A stretch of DNA of 64,000 bases from an uncultured Gemmatimonadales bacterium (GTDB taxonomy: Bacteria; Gemmatimonadota; Gemmatimonadetes; Gemmatimonadales; GWC2-71-9), in contig CAVZZO010000001.1 in assembly GCA_963779755.1 (NCBI GenBank), forward strand, positions 1,056,001 to 1,120,000, written 5' to 3'. Below, piece by piece: positions 18,514 to 28,351 of the stretch. Position 1 is the first letter of the stretch. Every line of letters starts with the position of its first letter. Position numbers and translations under genes: made by a program. The notes beneath the pieces were generated by a model that saw only the letters and a list, made by a program, of their open reading frames with translations, had not been told where the DNA came from and did not search any database.

Positions 18514-19632
18514 ATGTCGGATCGCTTCATGAGCTCCGACGACTACGACGAAACCGCCCACCAACTCTATAACGAAGGCCGATACGATGAGGCGCTGGAT
18601 GCACTGAACGAAGGTCTCTCTGTTTATCCCCACGCTGTCGAACTGAACATCGGGAAAGCCTACGCCCATCTGGCGCGGGAAGAATACGCCTGGGCCCGGC
18701 GCGTCTTCGAGACGGCGCTCTGTCTCGAGCCCGATCACGAGGAAGGGTTGGCCGGCCTGGGCGAGACGCTGCTCAAGTTCGGCGACCGCGCCGGTGCCCT
18801 GGCCTCCTTTGAGCGGGTGCTGGCGCTGGGATTCCAGGACGATCACGATCTCATGCTGCAGATCGGCCGTGCGCTCTTCCGGGAGTCGCTGCTGCCGCAC
18901 GCCGCCCGGTTCTTCGAGCTGGCGGTCAACGCGCAGACCGAATCGCCCGAGGCGGCCGCCTGCACCGGCTACGTCACTCACCGGTTGGGCCAGGATGCCG
19001 CGGCACTCTACTGGCTGCGCCGCGCCCTCGAGCTGGACCGTGAGCATACCGAGGCCCGGATCTACCTGGCCAACATTCTTTATGACCGGGGGGAATCCGA
19101 AGCCGCACTCCATCACCTGGAGCAGACCGTACCGGAAGACCATTTCGACGAACTGGGCCTCTGGCGCTGCATCGAACTCAAGAAGGCACTCTACCGCCTG
19201 GCCGATGACGATCCGGAGCTGACACCCTGGCTGGGCCGGCTGGAGGACCTCAACACCGTGCCCGACAGGGTGGACCTGCTCCTGGCCGAGGTGGAAGCGC
19301 AGCAGTCCGACGGCACGGTGCGCGATCCCAACCAGCTGGATCTGTTCGGCACGCTGGTTTCCGACCTGCACGCCATGCAGAAGCGCCCGATCATGACCGA
19401 CCAGCATCAGGTGGCCACGCTGGCGGGACGGACCCTGCGGGGCACCTGGGAGGAGATCCTGCTGCAGATGAAGGAAGCCGAGGGCGGCTGGGCCCACGCC
19501 TCGCTCGCCGAATACATGCTGTCGCTGGCCGAACGGGGACGGGCCGAAACCGGCGTGATTATTCCTACTACCGACGCCGAGGCCTTCATCCGGGCCAGCG
19601 CCCAGGCGGGCGTGTTGCGCATCATTCAGTGA
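18514..19632 (+). CDS. Tetratricopeptide repeat protein
   Basis: Multiple TPR units (YNEGRYDEAL, ALCLEPDHEEGLAGLG, ALELDREHTEARIYLA). Confidence 0.85.
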   Translation: MSDRFMSSDDYDETAHQLYNEGRYDEALDALNEGLSVYPHAVELNIGKAYAHLAREEYAWARRVFETALCLEPDHEEGLAGLGETLLKFGDRAGALASFERVLALGFQDDHDLMLQIGRALFRESLLPHAARFFELAVNAQTESPEAAACTGYVTHRLGQDAAALYWLRRALELDREHTEARIYLANILYDRGESEAALHHLEQTVPEDHFDELGLWRCIELKKALYRLADDDPELTPWLGRLEDLNTVPDRVDLLLAEVEAQQSDGTVRDPNQLDLFGTLVSDLHAMQKRPIMTDQHQVATLAGRTLRGTWEEILLQMKEAEGGWAHASLAEYMLSLAERGRAETGVIIPTTDAEAFIRASAQAGVLRIIQ

Positions 19633-20543
19633 TTGCACTGCAGGGTGTCTCCAAAACCTATCGGGGGTGGGGCCGCCGCAATCCGGTGCACGCGCTGGAT
19701 GGCCTGACGCTGGCGGTGGAGCGGGGCGAGATCTTCGGAATTGCCGGGCCCAATGGGGCCGGCAAGTCCACCATGCTGTCCATCCTCCTCGGCTATATCC
19801 GCCCTACCGCCGGCACCGCGCTGATCGACGGGCGCCCCCCCCGGGCCTATGCCGAGTCCGCCGGCATTTCCTATCTCACCGAGTTGGTATCCATTCCGCC
19901 GTACTGGCGCCTGGAGTCGGCTCTGGAACGGTTCGCCACCCTGGAGGGGCTCTCCGGAAGCGAGCGGCGGGTCCGCGTGTCCGAGGCCATCGACCAGATG
20001 GGCCTGGACGAGCACCGGCGTAAGCAGGTGCGGCATCTCTCCAAGGGCAACCTTCAGCGGCTGGGTGTCGCCCAGGCGCTGCTGGGCGAGCGCGACCTGG
20101 TCATTCTGGACGAGCCCACCCACGGGCTCGATCCGGTCTGGATGCTCCGCTTCCGCGCCATCGTCGCCCGGCTGCGCCGGCCCTCGCGCACCATCCTGAT
20201 CGCTTCCCACAACCTCGACGAGTTGGAGCGGATCACCGATCGCGTGGCCATCCTGGGGCAGGGGAAGCTGCAGCGGGTGGTGGCGAGCGGCGGTGGAGAG
20301 ACGGGCGGGGCGTACCGGCTGGCGCTGACAGCCGATCACCCCGCCCTGGCCGAGGTTTTCCCCGCGGCCGTGCGGGTGGAGGGCCGCGCGCGGGAGTTCC
20401 GTGTCGAGGGCGATCTGGCGGCGCTGAACGGCGCCTTGCAGCGTCTGCTGGCGGCGGGCGCGCAGGTAGCGGCATTCTATCCGGAGCGCAGCGGGCTGGA
20501 GGCCGAGTTCCACTCCGCCGTGGGCGGGGAAGGAGGCAAATGA
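19629..20543 (+). CDS. ABC-2 type ATP-binding protein
   Basis: GPNGAGKST, LSKGN, ILDEP, SH switch. Confidence 0.93.
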   Translation: MIALQGVSKTYRGWGRRNPVHALDGLTLAVERGEIFGIAGPNGAGKSTMLSILLGYIRPTAGTALIDGRPPRAYAESAGISYLTELVSIPPYWRLESALERFATLEGLSGSERRVRVSEAIDQMGLDEHRRKQVRHLSKGNLQRLGVAQALLGERDLVILDEPTHGLDPVWMLRFRAIVARLRRPSRTILIASHNLDELERITDRVAILGQGKLQRVVASGGGETGGAYRLALTADHPALAEVFPAAVRVEGRAREFRVEGDLAALNGALQRLLAAGAQVAAFYPERSGLEAEFHSAVGGEGGK

Positions 20544-21250
20544 TCCGTCTCCCCCTGGCCTATGCCCGCTGGATGCTCCGCGATCTCGCCCGCCAGCAGG
20601 GGCTGGTGATTCTGATCGTCGCCGTGCTGGTGCTGTATGGCGTCTCCCGGGTGGATCCCACTCCGCTGCCGCAGCAGGCGGGCGGCATCCTGGCCGGCAT
20701 TGTCTCGACCCTGGCATGGCCCCTGGTGCTGTTCTGCTCCGCCGCCATCGTGAGCCACGACCGCTATCAGGGGTTCTACCGCAGCTACTTCAGCCGCCCC
20801 GTCTCACCGGCGGGTTATTACCTGCAGCGCTGGATTCTGGGCGGGGTGACGGCCCTGCTGGCGGTGCCGGTCCTGGCCGGCGCGACCGCCCTGGTGACCG
20901 GTGCATTTCCCTTCCCCTGGAAGCTGCTGGCGAACCTGGCCCTGTTCTATCTCCTCTTCGGCGGCGTGGCGTTCTTCTGGACCACCCTGATCCGTCTCGA
21001 CTGGCTGGTCGCCCTCCTCCTGCTGCTGGTGCAGACGGTGCTCTTCAAGATGCAGCAGGGAGGGCTGCAGCTGGGCGCCATCGCCGGGCTCCTCTATCAC
21101 GCGTTGCCGCCGTTCCATCTCGTTTCCCTCGACGGCCCGGTGCCGGCCGGCGCAGCGCTGGCGCATGTCCTGCTCTACGGCGGCGGCCTGGTGGCCGGGG
21201 CCGTGGTCATCCTCCTGGTCCGGCCGCTCGGCGCCGGGGGGCGCTCCTGA
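20540..21250 (+). CDS. ABC-2 type permease
   Basis: About six TM segments; ATGA overlap with the ATPase gene. Confidence 0.75.
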   Translation: MIRLPLAYARWMLRDLARQQGLVILIVAVLVLYGVSRVDPTPLPQQAGGILAGIVSTLAWPLVLFCSAAIVSHDRYQGFYRSYFSRPVSPAGYYLQRWILGGVTALLAVPVLAGATALVTGAFPFPWKLLANLALFYLLFGGVAFFWTTLIRLDWLVALLLLLVQTVLFKMQQGGLQLGAIAGLLYHALPPFHLVSLDGPVPAGAALAHVLLYGGGLVAGAVVILLVRPLGAGGRS

Positions 21251-23865
21251 TGCCGGGCTGGACCGACGGCGTACGCCGGGAGATTCTGCCCAACGGGCTC
21301 ACCCTGCTGGTGCAGCGCGATCCCGCGGCGCCCGCGGCGGCGGTCGTCACGCACGTGAAGGCGGGCTTCTTCGACGAGCCCGACCGCTGGCAGGGAATCT
21401 CCCACGTGCTGGAACACATGTTTTTCAAGGGAACCGAACGGCGTGGCCCTGGCGATATCGCCCGGGAGACCAAGTCGGCCGGCGGCTATCTCAACGCCGG
21501 CACCAGCTACGACTACACCACCTATTACGTGGTGCTGCCGGCCCCCTCGCTGGAGCGGGCGCTGGACATCCAGGCCGATGCGCTGCAGCACTCGCAACTC
21601 GACGCGGGCGAATTGCAGCGCGAGCTGGGCGTCATCATCGAGGAGGCCCGCCGCAAGCTGGATTCCCCCGGCGCGGTGACGCACGAGACGCTGCACGCGG
21701 TCATGTTCGACCAGCACCGGATTCGCCGCTGGCGGATCGGCCGGGAGGAAGTTCTGGCGCGCTTCACCCGCGACGACGTGCTGGGCTACTATCGGTCGCG
21801 CTATGTTCCGTCGCGGGTGATCGTCTCCATCGCGGGCGATGTGGATCCCGACCAGGCGCTGGAGCTGGCGCGCCGCGCTTACGGCGGCTGGGCACCAGGG
21901 GCCGCGGCCAGCGATCCCTCGCCGCCGGAGCCGCCGCACCGCCAGGTCCGCGCCCGCACCCTGCGGGGCGATGTTACCCACGCCCACCTGGCCCTGGGCT
22001 GGCATGCCGTTCCGCCGCTTGACCGCGAGGCGCCGGCCCTGGATCTCGCCTCCGCGGTGCTGGCGATGGGGCGGGGGAGCTGGCTCTATCGCGAGTTGCG
22101 CGATCCGGGGCTGGTCACCTCCTCCGCCGCCTGGTATTACGCACCCACCGAGCTGGGCATCTTCGGCGCCGCGGCCCAGTTCGAGCCGGGGCGGCTGGAC
22201 GATGTTCTGCGGGGTATCGCGGCATCGGTGCGCCGGCTGGCCGATGTCGGACCGGGCGCCGAGGACCTCGAGCGCGCCCGCGCCATGTTCCTCACCCGCT
22301 GGGTGCGCCGGCTCGAGCCGACCGACGGCCGCGCCTCAGCCCTGGCCGGCGCCGAGGCGCTGCGCGACGTCGATCTGCTGGATGAGGAATACCGGGCCAT
22401 CCAGGCCGTAACCTGCGATGATATCCGCGAGGCCGCCGCCCGTTACCTCCTCCCTGATGCCGTCGCCGGGGTGCTCTACCTCCCGCGCCAGGCGGGCAAG
22501 GATCTCGACGCCTCCCGGTTGGCGGAGGTATTCCGGACCCGGGGAGTGGCGCGCGCCGTGCCGCTGCCGCCGGTCCTGCCGCCCGCCCCGGCGCGCAGCC
22601 CGCGCTCCCGCCGGGAGGCGGAGGTGGCTGTCGCTGCGCTGGATGGCGCCGATCTGCTGGTGCGGCGCAAGCCGGGCATCCCGGTGGTGCACGTGGGCGT
22701 CTACCTGCCGCAGACGGGCGATCCGCCGGGGCAGGCCGGGCTCGGCGCCCTGGTGACCCGCAGCGCGGTTCGCGGCGCGGGGCAGCTGGATGCGGCCGGC
22801 CTGGCGCTGGCGTTCGAGCGGCTGGGGGGAGCGCTGGGGGTGGTAGTGAGCAACGACTGGCTGGGCTTTGCCGCCTCGGTCGATGCCGGCCGGCTGGGAA
22901 CGGCGAGCCAGCTGCTCCACCTGGTACAGACCCGTCCCACGCTGCGGGACGACGATATCGCCATCGAGCGCGGCGTCCTCGCCGAGGAGGCGCGGCAGGT
23001 GGCGGACGACATGTTCCGTTTTCCCTTCCGGCTGGCCTTCGGTGCGGCCTTCGGCGATCGCGGCTACGGCCTGCCGGTGACCGGCCTGCCCGAAACGCTG
23101 GAAGCGCTGGATGCGGCGACGGTGCGCGCCGCCGCGCCCGGGGTGCTGCAGCTGCCCCGGCCGGTGATCGTGGCCGTCGGCGAGGAAGACCCGGAGCGCG
23201 CGCTCGAGACGCTGGCCGGCGTTTTCGGCGATCTGCCGGCGCGCGAGCCCTCCCTCGCCGGGCCGGCCAATGGCTGGGCGGTGGGAACCGAGCCGGCCAC
23301 CCGGGTGGCGCAGCGCGACCGGAACCAGACGGCGCTGGCGATGCTCTTCCCCGGGGTGGACCGGCGCGATCCCGAGCGCTATGCCGCCATGGTCCTGGCC
23401 TCGGTGGCGAGCGGCCTGGGCGGCAGGTTGTTCGAGAGCCTGCGGAGCCGGCGCTCGCTCGCCTACACGGTGCTGGCGGCGGCCTGGTTGCGGGGGCGCG
23501 CCGGCGCATTTCTGACTTACATCGCCACCACGCCCGCACGGGAAGACGAAGCCCGCGTGGCCATGCTGGAAGAGCTCGACGCCTTCACCCGCGACCCGGT
23601 GACCGAAGGCGAGCTGGCGCAGGCGGTGAACTATCTGGCGGGGCAGTCGCTGGTCGAGCGGCAGAGCGGGGCGGCGCTGGCGGGAGAAATTCTGGAGGCC
23701 TGGCTCATCGGTGAGGGGCTGGAGGAGCTGGAGCCGCCGGGGGCGGGATTCCGCCGGGTCACGGCGGGCGCGGTGCAGCAGGTGGCGCAGCGCATGTTGC
23801 GGCCCCAGCTGCGCGCCGAAGGGATCGTTCGCGGCCGACCGGCGTCGGCGTCGGATCAGCCCTGA
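21250..23865 (+). CDS. M16 (pitrilysin/insulinase) zinc peptidase
   Basis: LPNGL, HVLEHMFFKGT inverzincin motif, NAGTSYDYT, C-terminal SLRSRRSLAY; TGATG overlap. Confidence 0.93.
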   Translation: MPGWTDGVRREILPNGLTLLVQRDPAAPAAAVVTHVKAGFFDEPDRWQGISHVLEHMFFKGTERRGPGDIARETKSAGGYLNAGTSYDYTTYYVVLPAPSLERALDIQADALQHSQLDAGELQRELGVIIEEARRKLDSPGAVTHETLHAVMFDQHRIRRWRIGREEVLARFTRDDVLGYYRSRYVPSRVIVSIAGDVDPDQALELARRAYGGWAPGAAASDPSPPEPPHRQVRARTLRGDVTHAHLALGWHAVPPLDREAPALDLASAVLAMGRGSWLYRELRDPGLVTSSAAWYYAPTELGIFGAAAQFEPGRLDDVLRGIAASVRRLADVGPGAEDLERARAMFLTRWVRRLEPTDGRASALAGAEALRDVDLLDEEYRAIQAVTCDDIREAAARYLLPDAVAGVLYLPRQAGKDLDASRLAEVFRTRGVARAVPLPPVLPPAPARSPRSRREAEVAVAALDGADLLVRRKPGIPVVHVGVYLPQTGDPPGQAGLGALVTRSAVRGAGQLDAAGLALAFERLGGALGVVVSNDWLGFAASVDAGRLGTASQLLHLVQTRPTLRDDDIAIERGVLAEEARQVADDMFRFPFRLAFGAAFGDRGYGLPVTGLPETLEALDAATVRAAAPGVLQLPRPVIVAVGEEDPERALETLAGVFGDLPAREPSLAGPANGWAVGTEPATRVAQRDRNQTALAMLFPGVDRRDPERYAAMVLASVASGLGGRLFESLRSRRSLAYTVLAAAWLRGRAGAFLTYIATTPAREDEARVAMLEELDAFTRDPVTEGELAQAVNYLAGQSLVERQSGAALAGEILEAWLIGEGLEELEPPGAGFRRVTAGAVQQVAQRMLRPQLRAEGIVRGRPASASDQP

Positions 23866-24203
23866 GGCAGCTCTTCCACCCCGCCGGCGCCGAGCCGCCG
23901 GGCCATGACCTCCAGCGCCCGGGCCGCGGGCGCGGTGCCCGGCGTCAGCAGGTCCACCAGGCAGAGCCCGTCCTCGGGAACGGCATGGATGACGATATGC
24001 CCCTGGCGGCAGAGATGGGCAACCACGATCTCCCGCGGCCCCTCCCGCTGGACCGGCGGCCCGTAGCCGTTCAGCCCCAGCGATCCCGCGGCCGCGATCA
24101 ACAGCGCGGACAGGCCGTCGGCGTCGCGCAGCCGGGCGGGGGAGACGCCGGTCAGGCACGCGGCCCGGTGGTGGTACGATTCCACGGCGCCGGTTTCAGA
24201 CAC
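23856..24203 (-). CDS. S-adenosylmethionine decarboxylase (SpeD)-like protein lacking the ES processing site
   Basis: VVAHLCRQGHIVIHAVPEDGLCLVDLLT aligns to the SpeD pattern VVLAESHISIHTWPE..AAVDVFTC. Confidence 0.65.
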   Translation of the reverse strand: MSETGAVESYHHRAACLTGVSPARLRDADGLSALLIAAAGSLGLNGYGPPVQREGPREIVVAHLCRQGHIVIHAVPEDGLCLVDLLTPGTAPAARALEVMARRLGAGGVEELPQG

Positions 24204-24936
24204 GCGCGGGCCAGGCCGTGACCGCGTCCCGATAGCCTTCGGGGACGCCCACGTCATAGACCGGTGCCTCGCACCGGATCCCCCGCAGCACGCCCTCCGC
24301 CGCCAGCCGCCGCAGCACCGGCGTTTCGTCGAACGCTGCTCCCGACTCGAGCCGGCCCGCTTCCTGGTCGAACAGATCGAAGATCTCCCCCGGCAGGGCG
24401 ACCCGCCCCAGCACGAAGAGCCGCGCTCCGCCGCCGGCCCCCAGGGCGCTCACGCGGTACTCACCGGTCTCCAGCGGTGAGACCGACGCTTCCCGGGTGG
24501 GCCGGGCCCGGCCGCCCGCCGGAGGCGAGGGTGCGAGCAGCAGCGTAGGCTCGCCCGAGGCGCCAAAGGCCTTGCGGAGGGCGGAGCAGGGGCTGGTGTC
24601 GCGCACCAGGAACTCGGGGAGCACGGTGAGGAACGGTGCACCGGCCAGGGCGTCGCGGGTGCGGCGAATGGCGTCGCCCAGGCCCTGGGGATGGTCCTGC
24701 GGGACGAACTCCAGCTGCAACGGGCCGGCCCAGGCGCGGGCGGCCACTTCCAAGAGCGGCCGCGCGGGATTGGTCACGATGACGGCGCGCAGCAGGCCGG
24801 CGGCGGCGATCTCGTCCAGCACCCAGAAGAGCACCGGCCGGAGCGCCACGGGCAGCAGCTCCTTGGGGATCCAGCGAGTGGCGGGATAGAGCCGGCTGCC
24901 CAGCCCGCCGCAGGGGATGACGGCTGTGTCGATCAT
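24196..24936 (-). CDS. Divergent GalU-like sugar-phosphate nucleotidyltransferase
   Basis: AVIPCGGLGSRLYPATRWIPKELLPV, QDHPQGLGDAI, YDVG. Confidence 0.8.
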   Translation of the reverse strand: MIDTAVIPCGGLGSRLYPATRWIPKELLPVALRPVLFWVLDEIAAAGLLRAVIVTNPARPLLEVAARAWAGPLQLEFVPQDHPQGLGDAIRRTRDALAGAPFLTVLPEFLVRDTSPCSALRKAFGASGEPTLLLAPSPPAGGRARPTREASVSPLETGEYRVSALGAGGGARLFVLGRVALPGEIFDLFDQEAGRLESGAAFDETPVLRRLAAEGVLRGIRCEAPVYDVGVPEGYRDAVTAWPARV

Positions 24937-25014
24937 GATGGAAGGTAGCAGCAGTCGTTCTCAGCTCTTCGCCGGGACCAGCCAATGTTCGGAGCAGCTC
25001 CCGGCTCCCGGCTC

Positions 25015-25473
25015 CTAGAACATCGACATCGCCAGCAACGACCGCAGGTTGTCGTTGGTGGCGCGGAGGCGGGTCGAAAGCATGCGGACCACCGACCAGA
25101 GGACCTTGTAGGCCAGGTCGCGGTTGAAATCGAGCAGCAGCTCGAAATCGGGCCGGGAGATGGTCATCAGAATGCAGGGGGTGTGGGCCAGGGCGTCGGT
25201 GGAGCGTTCGCTGCGGTCGAAGACGGCCATTTCGCCGAAGCAGGAACCCGCCTTGAGAATGGCCAGGGCTTCCTCGCCGGAGCCGGGAATGGTGCGGCTG
25301 ATCCGCACCTCGCCTCCGAGAACGAGAAACAGGCGGTTGCCCTTGTCGCCCTCCTGGAAGATCGTCTCGGCCGCCTGGTATTTATGTTGCTGGCAGATCT
25401 CGGCGATGCGGGCCAGCTCGCCGTCATCCAGGTCGGCAAAGATGGCGGTATTGCGGAGCAGGTCCAGGTTCAT
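25015..25473 (-). CDS. Stand-alone cyclic nucleotide-binding domain protein
   Basis: IFQEGD..LFLVLGGEV..FGEMAVFD..RST; no HTH. Confidence 0.9.
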   Translation of the reverse strand: MNLDLLRNTAIFADLDDGELARIAEICQQHKYQAAETIFQEGDKGNRLFLVLGGEVRISRTIPGSGEEALAILKAGSCFGEMAVFDRSERSTDALAHTPCILMTISRPDFELLLDFNRDLAYKVLWSVVRMLSTRLRATNDNLRSLLAMSMF

Positions 25474-25502
25474 GACGCGCCTCGATCCGGGGCAGGGAAA
25501 CG

Positions 25503-26072
25503 ATGTCCGAAACTACCGGCCGCCCAGAGGGGGAGCAAGACGGATCGCGGCTGGCCGCCGCCGATCTGCTGACCTTGCTGCGCTTTCCGCTGGCGGCGGC
25601 GTATCTCGCGTTTCCTTCCTTCGCGGCACGGCTCGGCATCCTGGCCGCTGCCGCGGCCAGCGACCTGCTGGACGGGCCCATGGCGCGCCGGCGCGGGGCC
25701 TCGCGTTTCGGCGCCATTCTCGATCCCATCGCCGACAAGGTCTTCATGGCCTGCGCCTTCGGCGTGGTGCTGGTGAGCGGGCGGCTGGCGTGGTATGAAG
25801 TGGCCGGCGTCCTGTTGCGCGATCTCTGGGCGGCGGCGGCCTTCGTGAGCACTATCATTCTGCGGCGGCCCGTCACTATTCCCGCCCGCTACGGCGGCAA
25901 GGCCGTCACCGTGGCGCAGGTGCTGACGCTGGCGGCGTTCCTGACCGGATCGCCGCTGCTGCGACCGCTGGCATGGGCCACCGCGGCGGTGGCCCTCTAT
26001 GCCATCCGGGATTATCACCGGGCCGCCGCCCGCGAGGCGCGGCCCCTGGGAGGAGAATCAAGCCAGGCATGA
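25503..26072 (+). CDS. CDP-alcohol phosphatidyltransferase (PgsA-like)
   Basis: SDLLDGPMARRRGASRFGAILDPIADK signature. Confidence 0.9.
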   Translation: MSETTGRPEGEQDGSRLAAADLLTLLRFPLAAAYLAFPSFAARLGILAAAAASDLLDGPMARRRGASRFGAILDPIADKVFMACAFGVVLVSGRLAWYEVAGVLLRDLWAAAAFVSTIILRRPVTIPARYGGKAVTVAQVLTLAAFLTGSPLLRPLAWATAAVALYAIRDYHRAAAREARPLGGESSQA

Positions 26073-26479
26073 GCATCGAAACCAAACAGGCGGCGCTCCA
26101 GTGGACAGGCGGGATGCGCTTCGAGGGCGGCGAGCCGGGGAAGCCCGCGATCCTGCTGGACGGCAGCGGCGAGGCCGGGGCCAGCCCGATGCTGGCGCTG
26201 CTGCTGGCGGTCGCGGCCTGCACCGGGGCCGACATCGTCAGCATCGTGGGTAAGATGCGGCAGCCGCTCGCGTCGCTCCGGATCGAGGCCGCCGGCACCC
26301 GGCGGGAAGAGGAGCCCCGGCGCTACGTCGAGCTGCGGCTGCATTACTACGCCGCGGGCGACGGCCTGGACGAGGCCAAGCTGCGGCGGGCGATCGACCT
26401 CTCGCTCGCCAAGTACTGTTCCGTCCTGCATTCACTGGCCCCGGATATCCGCGTCACGTATGACCTCACGCTGGGCTAG
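26069..26479 (+). CDS. OsmC/YhfA family protein
   Basis: SPMLALLLAVAACTGADI...LSLAKYCSV; ATGA overlap. Confidence 0.88.
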   Translation: MSIETKQAALQWTGGMRFEGGEPGKPAILLDGSGEAGASPMLALLLAVAACTGADIVSIVGKMRQPLASLRIEAAGTRREEEPRRYVELRLHYYAAGDGLDEAKLRRAIDLSLAKYCSVLHSLAPDIRVTYDLTLG

Positions 26480-26906
26480 CGTGCTCGCCCTGCTCCTGGC
26501 GGGATTGCCCGCGCAGGCGCGGGCGCAACGATGGGCGGAGGCAGGCTTCGAAGGCGTCGCCACCGCGGCCGATCCGGGGTATGCCGGCGGGGGGCTCTAC
26601 GCGGCGCTGCGGCCGCCGGGGCGGCTGCGCTTCTCGTTGCTGGTCACCGCCGGCGCCCGGGGCGGGGAACGGGCGGCCCGGAGCGAGGCGGCGGTGCACT
26701 TTCTGCTGAGCCCGGCCAGCCGGCGGGGAGGATGGTACGGAGGCGGCGGTCTGGCCGCAGTGGCCGGCCGCGCCACCCACGAGTATGTCATGCTGGTGCT
26801 GGGATACGAAACCAGCCCCGCTGGTCCCGGCGGCTGGGCGCTGGAACTGGGGCTGGGGGGAGGCCTCCGGCTGGGAGCCGGATACCGATGGCGCCGCTCG
26901 TGGTGA
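26460..26906 (+). CDS. Hypothetical small exported, possibly beta-barrel, protein
   Basis: Signal peptide (AQARA/Q); Gly/aromatic alternating strands; ends LGAGYRWRRSW. Confidence 0.6.
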   Translation: MTSRWASVLALLLAGLPAQARAQRWAEAGFEGVATAADPGYAGGGLYAALRPPGRLRFSLLVTAGARGGERAARSEAAVHFLLSPASRRGGWYGGGGLAAVAGRATHEYVMLVLGYETSPAGPGGWALELGLGGGLRLGAGYRWRRSW

Positions 26907-26927
26907 GCGGCGCCGATGACTTCCCTG

Positions 26928-27200
26928 TTATTCCTCTGCGGCGGCCCCGACGGTCTCGGGATGCGCTACCACCGGCTGGCAATATCGCTCGCCCAGCAGG
27001 CGGAGCTGGCCCAGCTCCGTGGACTCGAGATCGTCGTACCGCTCCTCGAGATACTGCATGGTGTCGTCGAACCACTCCTTCTGGTGCTCCGGTGCCGCCT
27101 CGAGCACTCCGCAGCGCAGGATGTGGCTGAACAGCTCGTCGCGCGCCTGATTGAACGCAAGGGGAATATCCGGTGTCTGCCGGACCTTCTTTTTCCCCAT
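26928..27200 (-). CDS. Hypothetical protein
   Basis: 90 aa with natural composition; AAAGGAGG SD upstream. Confidence 0.75.
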   Translation of the reverse strand: MGKKKVRQTPDIPLAFNQARDELFSHILRCGVLEAAPEHQKEWFDDTMQYLEERYDDLESTELGQLRLLGERYCQPVVAHPETVGAAAEE

Positions 27201-27374
27201 TCAAACCCTCCTTTACAAAGTTGGTAGTCGCCTGCTACGCCACAATATAAGCGGCTTGCGCACGAAGGTGCAAACCGGATATTTGCCCGGCGGGCGCCCG
27301 GCGGCATTACATTTCCGCCCTTATGACGGGACCAGTGGAGCCCAACCGGCGGCGGGCCGCCGGAGGACGGATAG

Positions 27375-27680
27375 ATGGCCGAACACGATGAGACCTACGG
27401 CGAGGAGCGGCGCGAGCGGCTCCTCGCCTTGCTGCGGGAACTGGGCGACCGGATTCGGGAGCTGGACGGGCGGGGCGAGCTGCTGGCCCGGGCGCCGGAG
27501 CTGATGCGGCTCCTGGGCGACGTGCGCTCCGAGCTGTTTCACTACGAGGTCCGATCGACCTACGACTCACCCGAAGCGGCCGAGCATCGCCGGATTGTCG
27601 ACGATGCGCGCCGCTCCGGCACTTTCGACAGCGATCCAGAGGAGGACGACGAGCCATGGCGCCGGCCCAGGGAGGAATGA
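27375..27680 (+). CDS. Hypothetical acidic helical protein
   Basis: GGAGG SD; stop overlaps the dsbA-like start (ATGA). Confidence 0.75.
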   Translation: MAEHDETYGEERRERLLALLRELGDRIRELDGRGELLARAPELMRLLGDVRSELFHYEVRSTYDSPEAAEHRRIVDDARRSGTFDSDPEEDDEPWRRPREE

Positions 27681-28351
27681 AGAGCTTCTATGCCGTGCTC
27701 GGGGTGATCGCGCTGGCAGGCCTGGCGGTGATCGCCTGGCTGGCCCTGCGGCCGGCCGGGGATACCTCCATCCCCGCCAATGTCACGGTCACGGCGGCCG
27801 ATACCAGCGGGTTCCACGGCTATTTCATGGGCTCCGATTCGGCGCCGGTGGAGGTCACCGAGTACGCCGACTATCAGTGCCCCGGCTGCCAGCAGTTCGA
27901 GCTGCTGCAGATGCCCATCGTCCGGGAACAGCTGATCGGCACCGGCCGGGTTCGCTGGCGCTACCGGGACTTTCCCATCGACCAGCTGCATTCCCACGCC
28001 CGGGTGGCGGCGCATGCCGCTGCCTGCGCCGACGAGCAGGGACGCTACTGGGATATGCACCGGCTGCTCTACCAGGGCCAGTCCAACTGGGCCGAGAGCG
28101 GCAAGGCCGACAACTATTTCCGGGACTACGCCAAACAGCTGGGGCTCGATCTCGACCGTTATGATGCCTGCATGAAGTCCGGGAAGTACGCGGGCCGTAT
28201 CCAGGCCAGCAAGGACGAGGGCGAGCGGGTGGGTGTGAACAGCACGCCGACGCTGCTGATCCGCGGCCGGCTCTATCCCGGCGGCCTCAATTCCGATGCG
28301 CTTGAACATCTGGTGGATTCCCTGGCACCGGCGGCCGGCGCGACGCCATGA
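27677..28351 (+). CDS. Membrane-anchored DsbA family oxidoreductase
   Basis: TM anchor, EYADYQCPGC, RDFP, GVNSTPT cis-Pro loop. Confidence 0.9.
   Translation: MKSFYAVLGVIALAGLAVIAWLALRPAGDTSIPANVTVTAADTSGFHGYFMGSDSAPVEVTEYADYQCPGCQQFELLQMPIVREQLIGTGRVRWRYRDFPIDQLHSHARVAAHAAACADEQGRYWDMHRLLYQGQSNWAESGKADNYFRDYAKQLGLDLDRYDACMKSGKYAGRIQASKDEGERVGVNSTPTLLIRGRLYPGGLNSDALEHLVDSLAPAAGATP

Noticed and set aside
20716..21249. N-terminal extension of the 1049-aa M16 ORF; similar extensions on cutA, kup, flavin reductase and anti-sigma
   Set aside because: Overlap upstream genes; homology begins at coupled internal starts
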